Both the position numbers and the translations under genes were made by a program. Below, one piece after another: positions 38,141-50,619 of a DNA stretch of 64,000 nucleotides. The notes under the pieces were generated by a model, which saw only the letters and a list, made by a program, of their open reading frames with translations, did not search any database and was not told where the DNA came from. The DNA is from Octopus sinensis (Eukaryota). The DNA is taken from the NCBI RefSeq assembly GCF_006345805.1, contig NC_043008.1:10478001-10542000 (forward strand). Reading direction: 5' to 3'. Position 1 is the first letter of the stretch. Each line of letters begins with the position of its first letter.

Positions 38141-38467
38141 ATATTATTTTAATGGTTGAACTGTTGTTTCAGTATGTTGTCATATTGCTGTAGTAGCTGT
38201 GTGAGTGAGGTGGCTCCTTCCTGGGCAAAGGCTGTGCTACGTGTCCGTGATGAATCCATTTTCTTCTAGCAGAATACATTTTATTAGTAGCTGAAGACTG
38301 TTTATATGAATTTTCCAATTTAATGAAAAGTCCTTTTCTTGGTTGAAATCTAGTTAGTGAATATGTATAGTTTCATACGTATAAGCAGTATACTTTTTTG
38401 TGTTTTGTAAAAGTTTGTTTGCTAGTTACATTCTTTGGCACTGAAAGAAACGTTTTCACTTGTTTAA

Positions 38468-38683
38468 CCCTTTCGTTACTGTATTCATTTTGAGATGCTC
38501 TGTTTTTCTCTGAATTATTTTAAATACAACAAAGAATTTAGTAAAATAACTTAGTTGTCATTAAGCTAGTGTTAGGAACATAAATAGTGACTAAGGTTGA
38601 AGATTTTTATTCAAAACTTTTGAAAACAAGACATTTGTACTACAGTGTCAGAGCTGGTTTCAGCCAGGCTGGTAATGAAAGGG
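38468..38683. mobile_element. piggyBac-type MITE (second family)
   Basis: TTAA|ccctttcgttac ... gtaatgaaaggg|TTAA. Confidence 0.85.
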
Positions 38684-39784
38684 TTAAATTATATGTCTTG
38701 TGATCTTTGACAGCCTTGAGAGTATAAAAGTATAAACACTTGAGTTGCATGATATATGTAACTTGGATAAAAATATTTAGTCCATGCTGTTTAATGTTTT
38801 ATGGGTCCAAGGGAATGCACTAGCCTTGCATACTTTATCAATGCATGTGAATGATGTCTTCATGCTGAAAGTAAGAAAAAAATGCAAGATGATATTAACA
38901 TAAAATATATGTATTGAAATACAAGAATGAAGGTTCGAGAAATGATTGAAGCCATGATATACTCCTGATATAAGTAGACTAAGAAAGTAGGAGAAAGTTT
39001 CAAATTAAAACATTTAGCATCAGGTTAAGTCTATAAGTGTGTATCTTCAACAGAAAATTTTTGTATATTTATAATTTCCTGTTGTCAAGAGCAACACATT
39101 TGCTTAATCCTCCAAAATGGGTCCCTGATATTTGGAATTTATATTGTTACTTATGTCAGCTTTAGATTCAAAATGTTGGCAGTAATTATTTATAAGACGG
39201 CATAAGAGATAATTGTTTATGATATAAAACTTAGAAATGTTAGTCATAAGTATAATAGACTGATGACTGGCGACTTCTTAAAAATTACATGGTTACATTC
39301 TATGATATGTCCATCTCAAGATTAATGTTTTGTGTGTGTTTGAGAGAAAGGTGGGAATCCAGTTTTGAGAGATTAAGGCGATTTGGTTAATGGTTGGGGC
39401 ACTATTGGGTTTTGTTGCCTTAGTTTTTTATGAGTGACTAATTTGATGTTCTTGATGTTTGCAAATATGGAATACTAAGCAATGTGGTATCGATAATAAA
39501 ATAGTAGAATCTGTTTTATGTAGAGCTTGGAAAGATTGCACAGTCATCTTTAGATTGTTTGGTTTACTCAAGATAATAAATGTTTCAGCTTGTCAGAACA
39601 TTGAGAGAATGATGATTTCAGGCAAATCCAGTGTGAATGATGATGTGATTGTTATTGATTAGTCATGAAAATCATCTCAAGACACAGAAATTTGCACTAA
39701 AATTATTCAATTTACTATACCCTATTACTTTTCTCCCTCTTATTACCACCATGTGTAACATGTGTTGTGTGTGTATTTTGTATG

Positions 39785-40195
39785 ATTTTCAATCATCATC
39801 ATTATCATTATCATCCTCATTTAACGTCCGTTTTCCATGCTAGCATGGGTTGGACGGTTCGACCGGGATCTGGGAAGCCAGAAGGCTGCACCAGGCTCCA
39901 GTCTGATCTGGCAGTGTTTCTACAGCTGGATGCCCTTCCTAACACCAACCACTCCATGAGTGTAGTGGGTGCTGTTTATGTGCCACCGGCACAGGTGCCA
40001 GGTGAGGCTGGCAATGGCCACGATTGGATTGGTGCTTTTTACGTGCCACCGGCACGGAAGCTAGTCAAGGCGGCGCTGGCATTGGCCACGTTCGGATGGT
40101 GCTTTTCACATGCCACCGGCACGGAAGCCAGTCAAGGCGGTGCTGGCATCGGCCACGTTTGGATGGTGCTTTTTACATGCCACCAGCACAGGGAT
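39785..40195 (-). mobile_element. Family C copy with three internal modules
   Basis: Core plus repeated tggtgctttt..tgccaccggcac. Confidence 0.9.
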
Positions 40196-40962
40196 CACAA
40201 CTACCATTCTTACATAATACTCATATTATTTTTCATCTCAGTACTAAATCACAATATTATTGTAATGTTAATTATACAAATTGTTAGATGAAATATTTGT
40301 TTGCTAAAAGTTTAAAAGGCTGGATAATATGGTTATGATTTTATCGAAAATATATTAAAATCTGCTAGACCATTGCAGCTATTCACTTTTTTCTGAACTT
40401 TAGTATATTTTCAAACTTTCATAATTAAATTATGTCAGAAATTATGTGAAGTTTTTTTTTTATTATTATTATTGTGTTTAGCAAAGTTCCCTCAAGTCTA
40501 TACAAGATTTTAGAATTACAGTATAAAAGCCATAGTTTCGTTGATATCTTCTTTCAGTCAGTATTCTCTGAACATATAAAGGAAAGATTACTTTAAAATG
40601 GATCTCTGACATATTTAGGGTAGACTGAGAAGGAAGGGTAATTTAGGGACTAAGTTGACCTAGAAAATGGGGATAACATTTCACACTCATGATGTCTCTT
40701 GTTGTCATCAATTAAACAATCTTATCTTTTTGATGATGTAAAAACAAGTATAAACTTGATATTCTATGTTTTCTTGCAGTTTTAAAAGATTCTGATTTCA
40801 AAACTTACATAGTTTCCTTCAAGTTTACTTTTAATGATAAACTCTATTTAGTTTTATAAAGAATGAATTTCAGAAATTTTATTCTGAATGCCATCTATAA
40901 ACACACACACACACACACACGTGTGTGTATGTGTGTCTGTCAGCACCACTTGACAGTTGTCA

Positions 40963-41170
40963 AGGCAAGCTGGCAGAAATGTTAGCATGCTGGGTGAAAT
41001 GCTCAGTGATATTTTGTGTCTTTACATTCTGAGTTCAAATTCCACTGAGATCAACTTTGCTTTTCATCCTTTCGGGGTTGATAAATTAAGTACCAGTTGC
41101 GTACTGGGTCGATGTAATTGACTGGCTCCCTCCCCCAAAATTTTGGGCCTTGTGCCTAGAGTAGAAAAGA
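40963..41170 (+). mobile_element. Family B SINE (short-tail variant)
   Basis: gctggcagaaatgttagcatg head, central domain, ccttgtgcctagagtagaaaagaat tail. Confidence 0.85.
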
Positions 41171-42395
41171 ATTGTTGGTTTATTTACATCCCATAGCTTA
41201 TCAGTTTGGCATAAGAGATTAATAGAATCGTTAGCAGACTTAGAAAATAAGTACTGCGGTCGATTTATTTGACTAAAATCCTTCAAGGTTGTGCCCTAGC
41301 ATGGCCACAGGGCAATAACTGAAACTAGTAAAGAGCAAAAGAAATTATGTATTTCATTAAAGTTGACTTTTTCTCCTCTTTTATACTTTCTTGTTTAAAT
41401 TGGATTTGTCTCATCTTGGGGGAAAATGAAATATAAAAGTGTGCCAACAACTCCTTAGATTTGTTCATTTTGTTTTATTGATTGAACGGACTTCATGTTA
41501 TTTTGGTCTGAATGCCTAATGTTATTCTTTAGTCAGCTTGATACTACTTCGTTAGTAGATGACTGTTTTTCTTGATACTCTCTACAAAAGGATTTTTTTA
41601 ATACCTGTGTTCCATTGTTCACCAAACCCTTTTATATATATATTTTTTCTATTTTGTAATTCTGACATACTGCTCCCTAGGATAAAGGGCTTAATTAAGT
41701 AGATCCATTCTTCCCCTTTCTCTAGTCTGTTTTTTCTGATCTCATTTGTGACAGCTTTAATAATACTGTCACACTTTCTGAGGAATTTTCGTGCATATTT
41801 TTGTTTACTAGATTCTCCTCTGTGTTTTTCTTTGGCTCTTCACTCTCTTAATCTGATGCTTTACTCATCATTGGTGAAGTGAGAAATGGTTGAAAGTTAT
41901 AGATGTTCAGACACTATTACTGCTGCTGCTGCTGCTACTGGTGAGGATAATGGTAACCATCATCATCATCGTCATCAACATCAATCCTTATAATCCTTCC
42001 CATCAGTCTCAATGAGAGCCACTATTATTCATGTCAGCTATAATCCTTTCTGACAAAACAATTGCAGTTTGCAGGACTTATTGCTTTATGCCATGTCCTG
42101 TCAGCTGAAAGATATGGACATGTCTTTTACACAAATGGCTACAACCTTTTTTAAGCATCTAACTTCTGCCTGTTCAGTTATACACTCATAGTCATGTATA
42201 ATATATATATATATAGCACCTCCATATGTAGAGACACTGTATAGAATAGTATAAAAACATCTAGATATTTTCCAATTTTTCTCTCTTGCATTCTTCCTTC
42301 CATTCAAGAATTACTGATGCACATACGCACAGATGTATTATCCATCAGCAAGTCAGAATTTAAAAGTATTTGAAGATTAGAACCCAGTATGATTT

Positions 42396-42427
<32 letters not shown>

Positions 42428-42507
42428 TACATATGATGTATGTGCATATGACGAAGTTTTGGAGCATGTTGTTGTAGTAAACAATATTCAGTAAATGAAA
42501 TATATAT

Positions 42508-42830
42508 TCATCATCATCATCATCATCGTTTAACGTCCGCTTTCCATGCTAGCATGGGTTGGAAGGTTCGACTGGGGTCTGGGAAGTCAGGGGACTGCAC
42601 CAGGCCCAGTCTGATCTGGCAGTGTTTCTACAGCTGGATGCCCTTCCTAATGCCAACCACTCTGAGAGGATAGTGGGTGTTTTTTACGTGCCAGGCGAGG
42701 CTGGCAATGGCCATGATCGGTTGGTGCTTTTTATGTGCCACCGGCACGGAGGCCAGTCGGGGTGGCGCTGGCAACGGCCACGTTCACTGGCAACTGCCAC
42801 GTTCGCTGGCAACGGCCACGGTCACTAATT
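42508..42830 (-). mobile_element. Family C copy
   Basis: (CAT)n tail plus core. Confidence 0.9.
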
Positions 42831-43829
42831 TTGGGAGTAGTGCTAAGTCAGTCTGGTTTAAATAGTGCCATGTTTAAGCAGTAAGTAACTGAGGGTCACT
42901 TCTCGTTAATGGGTTCCTTGTTATTTTCATATATAAATTTATTGTTTACAAATCTATGATGTTTAATATGATGTTAAAATCTTGAGTATTATATCATTTG
43001 TGTGTTTATTTGTGTGTGTGTATGAGAGTTATCCATCATATGGTGGCTAATTTCGGAAGAATACATACTTTTGCCACCATAAATAATATCAAAAAATATG
43101 GCAAATATACAATAATTATAATTTAAAATATATCATAGATCTGTTCACTGTTCCATGCTGCCTGCATTGCATGGGCCTTGTCTGATTTTATCATCAATCT
43201 CTCTACTATTTGCTTTCTTGGTCTGTTCCTTGAGTGAATAAACATATATGTAAAATGTTATGAAGGAAACCTAGTTGTAGAAACCAAGCTAAAAAGGAAT
43301 TTACAAGTGAGTTGCACTTCTGTGATCCATCCATGAGTACAGAAACAACCTATCTAATCCATATAGGTATGGAACATAGGTGTAAAACAATTGATGATGA
43401 TGATAATGATGTGTGTGTGTTTGTATCTGTCAGTGCATCCATCCATCTACCCATCTATCTATCTGTTTATCTATCTAGCTATCTTTGATTTTATATGGTA
43501 GATGGTGTGCATGCATGCACACACACCATGGCTGTCACTTGCAAGAGTGTTCCATGCTTTCACTAATTGTTTCAAGTGTAGTTATGAGCAGACATATACA
43601 TCTTCTTGGCCCTCTTCTTCTTGACTCAGAACATCAAAAATGTGACAACTGGAGGGAAGAAGACTGCACCAGCATACAGCTTGTACTCATTTCCAGCTGT
43701 GTAGAACAGAACAACATTTAATGAAATGCCTCAGTACTTGTTATGCTTGCTCCTGTACACCTGCTTCATATGAAGGTTAACTGCCTGTGATTCCACTACA
43801 CCTCTTGAGCATCTATTGTTTATATTAGA

Positions 43830-44224
43830 CTAGCAGTATCGCCCGGCGTTGCTCGGGTTTGTAAGGGAAATAACTATAAGCATTTTTAGAGATGTAAAGT
43901 ATAATAGCCATCTCAATATGGTTAACCACAAAGGGGGGGGGTTATTGTAGTTTTTTACGTTCTGAGATTTAATAATAAATTTTTAGAGAGTTACTTCCCT
44001 TATATATGCCAAAAATGCATTAAAAATGGGAAAAATTGATGGTAAATTTTTTTTTTAAATCGTAGACTCATTGTAGACGTGCGCTAATACCCAGAAGGGC
44101 TCGATATGAATCACGACTATAAGATACCTGGTTTTGGTTAAACTGCACCGCAAAATGTGGGAGTAGTTAGGAATCTAAATCGTATGAGACAGACAGCACA
44201 CAACCTCACTTTTATATATAAAGA
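43830..44224 (-). mobile_element. Non-autonomous Helitron
   Basis: A|TC...cccgagcaacgccggg hairpin...CTAG|T; closely related to 53241-53626. Confidence 0.9.
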
Positions 44225-44229
44225 TATCC

Positions 44230-45450
44230 TATATGGAGTTTCTACTTAATCCAGTTCCCTGATGGCAGCATAGCCCTGTCTCTTTTCCTACTTAGTAAAA
44301 CTTATATATTAGTTAAGTTTTACTTCAAGATTCTTCAGTTCCAATTTTGAATCCATGCTTAGAATTTCTCCTCCAAATCCTCTACAGGTTCTGCTATAAG
44401 AACATCATCATTGGTATTGAAGAATTGCCATAAACAGCCAGTGATAAACTCCTGTTATGGCTTGAAGGACTATGATAGAGATTTGGAAACAGACCTGTTG
44501 GACCAATATCTGCATGCTAACTTTGTTGTTGAACTCATTGTTAACTCTTGCTGACTACACTTCTATACATGACTTGAACAACCCTTACAAGCTATTTATC
44601 TACCACTAATTTCCTTACTGCCTACCAAATGATTGCATAAGGGTCCCTGAAAGTAGTCTCCAGGTGAATGAATATGTGGCTGTTCACCCTTCTCGATATT
44701 GTCAAACTTTACTTCTAACTCCAAATGTCATCTGATCAACCTTGCAACATCTGAGATTGGCTTGGTAAACAAGCAGCTGATCATGTCATTAGGAGGGCCT
44801 CTGGCCTCACTCTCTGGTGTTGTACCTGCAAGGTCATCACATGGTTTAGAACCAATAACAGCAAAGCTAGAGCAAAGTTTACATAATGTGATATTGTGAA
44901 TTTTTACCCAATTATATCAAGGGAGTTAGGTAGTATTATGCATGTCAGGAAAACCCTACTCTTCAGCAAGGATTCAGCCTAGGCTGAGTGCACTGACCTG
45001 GAAGGCTCCTTTGATGTAGCAACTGGCACATTCAACAGTGCTGATGTTAGTTCTTATTAGTTCTTCTTTGTCCTAGATTTACTTAATTAGAAATTTCTTT
45101 AAACTAGCTTTGGTCTCTGCAGAGACAATACTTTGGAAATATTGAGAAGGGTAAATGTCCACACACTTAATAGACTCAGGAAGGACCTCATCTACACTGA
45201 ATTCTTTTGGGCTCAGGTCACAGCAGGAACCAACCTGAAGACCTGGAATCTGGTGCTTGCAGTTCCTTTAGTAAGCCAAATAAAAGGCTGACATTCATTA
45301 ACACAGCATCCTGTCTGCCAGCCATTGTATTTCATCTAATGAAAGTGGTCAGCAGGAGAATCTCTAACATGTTTTCAAGTAAACTTTGGCTCCTGCTTAC
45401 AATCTCACCAAGGACAATAACATTCTTGCAACTTGCCACCCACACTTAAT
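44230..45450 (-). mobile_element. Highly decayed retroelement pol-like sequence (possibly Gypsy)
   Basis: Only short hints, e.g. ARLIR*HLELEVKFD resembling the RNase H end. Confidence 0.25.
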
Positions 45451-45454
45451 CTCA

Positions 45455-45694
45455 CTATTTCTTATTTCTTTATTGCCCACAAGGGGCTAAACACAGAGGG
45501 GACAAACAAGGACAAACAAACGGATTAAGTCGATTATATCGACCCCAGTGTGTAACTGGTACTTATTTAATCGACCCCAAAAGGATAAAAGGTAAAGTTG
45601 ATCTTGGTGGAATTTGAACTCAGAACATAGCGGCAGACGAAATACTGCTCAGCATTCCGCCCGGCGTGCTATCATTTCTGCCAGCTCGCCGCCC
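45455..45694 (-). mobile_element. Family B SINE
   Basis: Full-length match; imperfect TSD taat(c/t)tcactatt. Confidence 0.9.
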
Positions 45695-46544
45695 TAATTT
45701 CACTATTCCTGTCCCGCTGCTCCCTGGTAACACCAATGAACTCCTATTCCCCAATTCATATGTATCGTTAATCACCCTTATACATCTCCAACCGCTAGTT
45801 ATCATCTTCTCTCCCTAACTTCTTTTAAACTCATAATTATTAACCTTTGTTTATCATTCAGTATTTTTACACTGCTACCCTATTTCTTACTATCTCATAC
45901 TCTCTCCATACCTTTTTGCTACTATCCAACTTCATGTCCCATTCTTCTATCTCCAGAGCCTACTCCAACACTTAGTCACCGCTATCTTTATTTCTCTTTC
46001 CAGGGCCACACTGAATACTCCCACCCCATTTTTGTATAATGTGAGCAGCCATATATCTCTTCAACAGCAAGAAATCTATTCTTACTCCTTCCTTCATACT
46101 CTGACCCTTTCATCATCCAGCATAAAGCTACACCCTTTATACTGATAATGATCTTAGCTTTGTGAGCTATGTGGTGACCTCAAATAGTGCTGGTACTTCA
46201 AAAAATGCACTCAGTACACTCTGTAAAGTGATTAATATTCGGAGAGGTACCCAGCCAGAAAAATTGTGTCATAGCAGACTTGGAGCACAAATGTAGTCCT
46301 CTGATCTGTTGGATTCTGTCCAAACTATCTGGTGCATGCAGCCTAGAAAATAAATGTTAAAAGATGATGAGGATTATTATATATATGTAGGCATAGATGT
46401 GTAGTTAAGTTTGCTTCCCAACCACAGGGTTTCAGGTTCAATCTCTCTGCATGGCACTTTGGGCAAATGTTTTCTACTATAGACTTGGGCTGACAAAAGG
46501 CTTGTGAGAGGATTTGATGGATGGAAATTGAAAGAAACCTATCA

Positions 46545-46633
46545 TGTGTGTGTGTGTGTATGTGTGTATGTGTGTGTGTGTGTGTATGTGTGTGTGTGTG
46601 TTGTGTGTGTGTGTGGTGTGTGTGTGTGTGTGT
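46545..46633. repeat. (TG)n microsatellite
   Basis: Direct reading. Confidence 0.95.
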
Positions 46634-46789
46634 GAGTTGGGATAATGGGGAAGAGGTAACAGGTGGTGCAAAAAAGTAGGGGGAATAATATGTGCCAATA
46701 CTCCCCTCGGGTGCCTACATCCACCAAGTAGTAACATAGATGGTGGAGTGATGGAGGGCTGGGTATTAGATGAATGTGATGTGAGGAAT

Positions 46790-47320
46790 GTTTGGTGAAG
46801 TAGAATGGGTTACAAACAGAAACCACAATGCTTTTAGGACATCATCTTTGCTGTGTTGGACAGGACCCCTTGAGTATAGTGAATCACCAGTTTTCTCAGT
46901 CCTTTGTCATTTTCTCTATGAGGTTCAGCAACTTGAGGTCAGTCTTCGCTACTACATCCCATTTCTTCCCAGACCTCCCTCATCCCCATGTCCCATCCAC
47001 TTTATGTAGCTGTCCTCCCCCATACACATCACATGACCAAACCAGCACACTACATCTGATTCCTCTTATGCCTAATTTTTCCCTTAAAATTTTAGTACTT
47101 TGTCATACATCTACACTGATGCTAAACATCCATTGGAACATACTAGTTTCATTCCTCTCTGTTCTTTTGTATGTCCTCTGCATCCATAGTCCACTTCTCA
47201 TTACCATGTAGCATTGCTGTTCATACACAAGCATCATACAATCTGCCTTTTACATGGAGAGAAAGAGAAAACTATTGTATCCAACAGAGGTAATAGTTCC
47301 CTGAACTTTCTCTATCTTAT
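46790..47320 (-). mobile_element. Decayed RTE-clade LINE 3' fragment
   Basis: The - strand reads like LRWFGHVMRM followed by a decayed RGRP-like segment; same family as 61900-62250. Confidence 0.55.
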
Positions 47321-47332
47321 TCTTGCAACTAT

Positions 47333-47830
47333 CATTATCATCATTGTTCGACCGTGGTCGAGACAATGGAATTTACCATGCTACGCCAGACTTCACGGTC
47401 CATCATGGCATTACGGAGGTCCTGTTGCTGGATGCCTGTATCCCTGGAGATTACATCAGGGTAGGAGAGTGTGCACCCTCTGGTATTGCGAGTAGATGGC
47501 TTCCAGAGGAGAAGAGTAGAAATTACCTCTTTTTCAGCTCTACAACAATGTCCAGAAAACTGGACTCTCTTACCTTTCACAAGAGATGACACAGGTGGTA
47601 GTTTCCCATATATTTGCATTTTGGTTGGATGGCACTTCCACAAGAGATTTGAGCTCTCATAAGGAGGCGAGTGTAGGTTCCATCCAACCGCCTGTCAAGC
47701 TTCTTTGATAACGTCCAGGTTTCTGAGCCATAAGGTAGAATTGGTTCGACTGTGGCTTTGAAGATTTCAAGTTTGAAGTCTCTACTTAGATTTGATGACC
47801 AGATCTTATGCATGTCATTACAGGCTGCAA
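47333..47830 (-). mobile_element. RTE-clade LINE 3' end
   Basis: KLEIFKATVEPILPYGSETWTL and DLRNAMMDREVWRSMV; (TGA)-like tail. Confidence 0.9.
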
Positions 47831-48291
47831 CTATACTTTCAGAACATCCTCATCCACAGTTAATTAGGTCACCCCGTTAACAGAAACTATGTACGAATTT
47901 TAGGGAGCTACCCGGGCATTTGAGAAAATCAGTTTCCCCGTGTATCCTTGGTCTTTATGGCTCCTGTGCATCTTTGACATACAAAGAATACTTTCTCCAT
48001 TAACTTTCCTGGTGAATAAAAAGTCGGTGGGTCCCGTACTTGTGGGTGGCACAAGGAAAGGTGGAAAAAAATGTAAGAATAGATGCATTTCGACTGACTG
48101 GAAGCAATAAATAGGGAGTGTGATGTGTGGATTAAGAGATGTAAGTGTTAGAGGATGTGACAAGCTTTCAAAGAGTAGGGAGCAGGTAGACATACATGCA
48201 CACATATGTACCTACATATTCCTAACGATACCAGCCTGTGTATATACAAGTATTTCTTATATAGGTGCAGATATGGCTATGTGACTAAGAA

Positions 48292-48522
48292 GGCGGCGAG
48301 CTGGCAGAAACGTTAGCATGCCGGGTGAAATGTGTAGCCCTATTTCGTCTGCCGTTACGTTCTGAGTTCAAATTCCACCGAGGTCGACTTTGCCTTTCAT
48401 CCTTCCGGGGTCGATTAAATAAGTACCGGTTACGCACTGGGGTCGATATAATCGACTTAATCCGTTTGTCTGTCCTTGTTTGTCCCCTCTGTCTTTGGCC
48501 CCTTGTGGGTAGTAAAGAAATA
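48292..48522 (+). mobile_element. Young family B SINE inserted into a family A head
   Basis: TSD tatgtgactaagaag on both sides; the host SINE resumes after about 48540. Confidence 0.9.
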
Positions 48523-48774
48523 TATGTGACTAAGAAGAGTGTTTTGCAACCACTTGGTTTCAGGTTCAGCTGTACTGTGTACCACCATGTACAACATCTA
48601 CTATAACTCCAGGCTGATCAAAGCTATGTGAGGTGTTTTGGTGACTGGAAACTGAAAGATGCCTGTTGTATATGTGTGTATCTGTGTTTGTGCCACATTG
48701 TCATGACATCACCTGATAGTTGTAAATACGTTTCACTGCTATGAAAGGGGTGTCATTCATTTTTCAGTCTTCAA

Positions 48775-49205
48775 AGGTGCAGGAGTGGCTGTGTGGTAAG
48801 TAGCTTGCTTACCAACCACATGGTTCTAGGTTCAGTCCCACTGCATGGCACCTTGGGCAAGTGTCTTCTACTATAGCCTTGGGCCGACCAAAGCCTTGTG
48901 AGTGGATTTGGTAGACGGAAACTGAAAGAAGCCTGTCGTATATATATATATGTATATATATATATATGTATATATATGTGTTTGTGTGTCTGTGTTTGTC
49001 CCCCCCAACATCGCTTGACAACTAATGCTGGTATGTTTACATCCCCGTTACATTGCGGTTCAGCAAAAGAGACCGATAGAATAAGTACTAGGCTTACAAA
49101 GAATGAGTCTTGGGGTCGATTTGCTCGACTAAAAAGGCGGTGCTGCAGCATGGCCACAGTCAAATGACTGAAACAAGTAAAAAAGAGTAAAGAGAGTAAA
49201 GAGTA
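48775..49205 (+). mobile_element. SINE family A, full length
   Basis: Matches 6845. Confidence 0.9.
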
Positions 49206-49404
49206 GGTCTGATCATGGGAAAATATTATCTACTCAGTCACCTGACTATATTTCTATATAGCCCTTTACTGTTACTGCTTTTGAAAAGGCATGAATGTTA
49301 AAACTTTACTTAACTCTGTGTCATTATATTTATCCCGTAAAACACAATCTGCTGTTTCTTCTTCCTCTGTTTGAAAACTGACATTTGGAAGTGTTATCCA
49401 TGTC

Positions 49405-49660
49405 ATCATCATCATCATCGTCATCATTTAACGTCCACTTTCCATGCTAGCATGGGTTGGATGATTTGACTGAGGACTGGCGAACCAGATGGCTGCACCA
49501 GGCTCCAATCTGATCTGTCAGAGTTTCTACAGCTGAATGCCCTTCCTAACGCCAACCACTCCAAGAGTGTAGTGGATGCTTTTATGTGTCACCAGCACAA
49601 GGGCCAGTCAGGCCGTACTGGCAACAACCACGAAAAATTCGGGTTTTATTACATGCCAGT
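49405..49660 (-). mobile_element. Family C copy
   Basis: (CAT)n tail plus core. Confidence 0.85.
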
Positions 49661-50619
49661 AAACTATTTGGGAGCTAAAAATGTTTAGTTTGAAATGTTT
49701 GGTTTTAAGGATGTCAATATTAGGATTGAGTTTTTTTAATATGAATAATGAAATAAGGGTAAATGAAAGGAAATTGCTGAAAAATAGATTATAGGATTCC
49801 TTGTCAATAATACCGGTGGTCTGAAAATGGATATGTTTTCCATATAAAGGGAGCTGGAAATAACTACTAAGCAGTGATATCAGCTGGACTTGAAATCTTT
49901 GTCTAGTTTCTCTTTAGAACTTACTCAAGTGTTAAGATGAGAATAAATTCACCTTTGATTTTTACTTTGTGTATGAATGTATGTGCGTGAGTGCATGCAT
50001 GCATAGATATATATACATGCACATAGATATATACATACTTCTGTGCGTGTATACATGTGTATATACATACATTTATATATACTCACATGTGCATACACAC
50101 ACACACACGCATGAATGCACACACACACACGCATGCATGCACACACACACGCACACCCATGTATATATATAATTTTGTATAATAAAATAATGTATAACTT
50201 GTTTCATTCATTAATCAATCTATTTATTTGTACTTCCTCTAGTGATGTGTGCTGTTTTGATTGTCTTACAATGATTGAAATCTATGCCTTCTCTTTCTTT
50301 GTATAGAATATTGTCTTCGTTTTTATTAGTGTGTAAAACCTAGTTTCATATGATACCAAACTGCTGTTGTAAGATCAAGTTCTGAGTTCAAATTCCACTG
50401 AGGCTGACTTTGCCTTTCATCCTTTTGGGGTCGATAAATTAAGTACCAGTTGCTCACTGGGGTTAATCTAATCGACTGGCCCCTCCCCAAAAATTTTAGG
50501 CCTTGTGCCTAGAGTAGAAAAGAATATGTGATTCTGTAGAAATTTCACTATAACTAGGGAGTAAAAAATTATGCAAAATCATAAAATAGTACTTGCAATT
50601 CTTTATGTTTTACATACAA

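Noticed and set aside
38174-42170. Exon-like segments at 38174-38201, 38781-38870, 40781 and 42076
   Set aside because: No recognisable protein and no consistent phase chain
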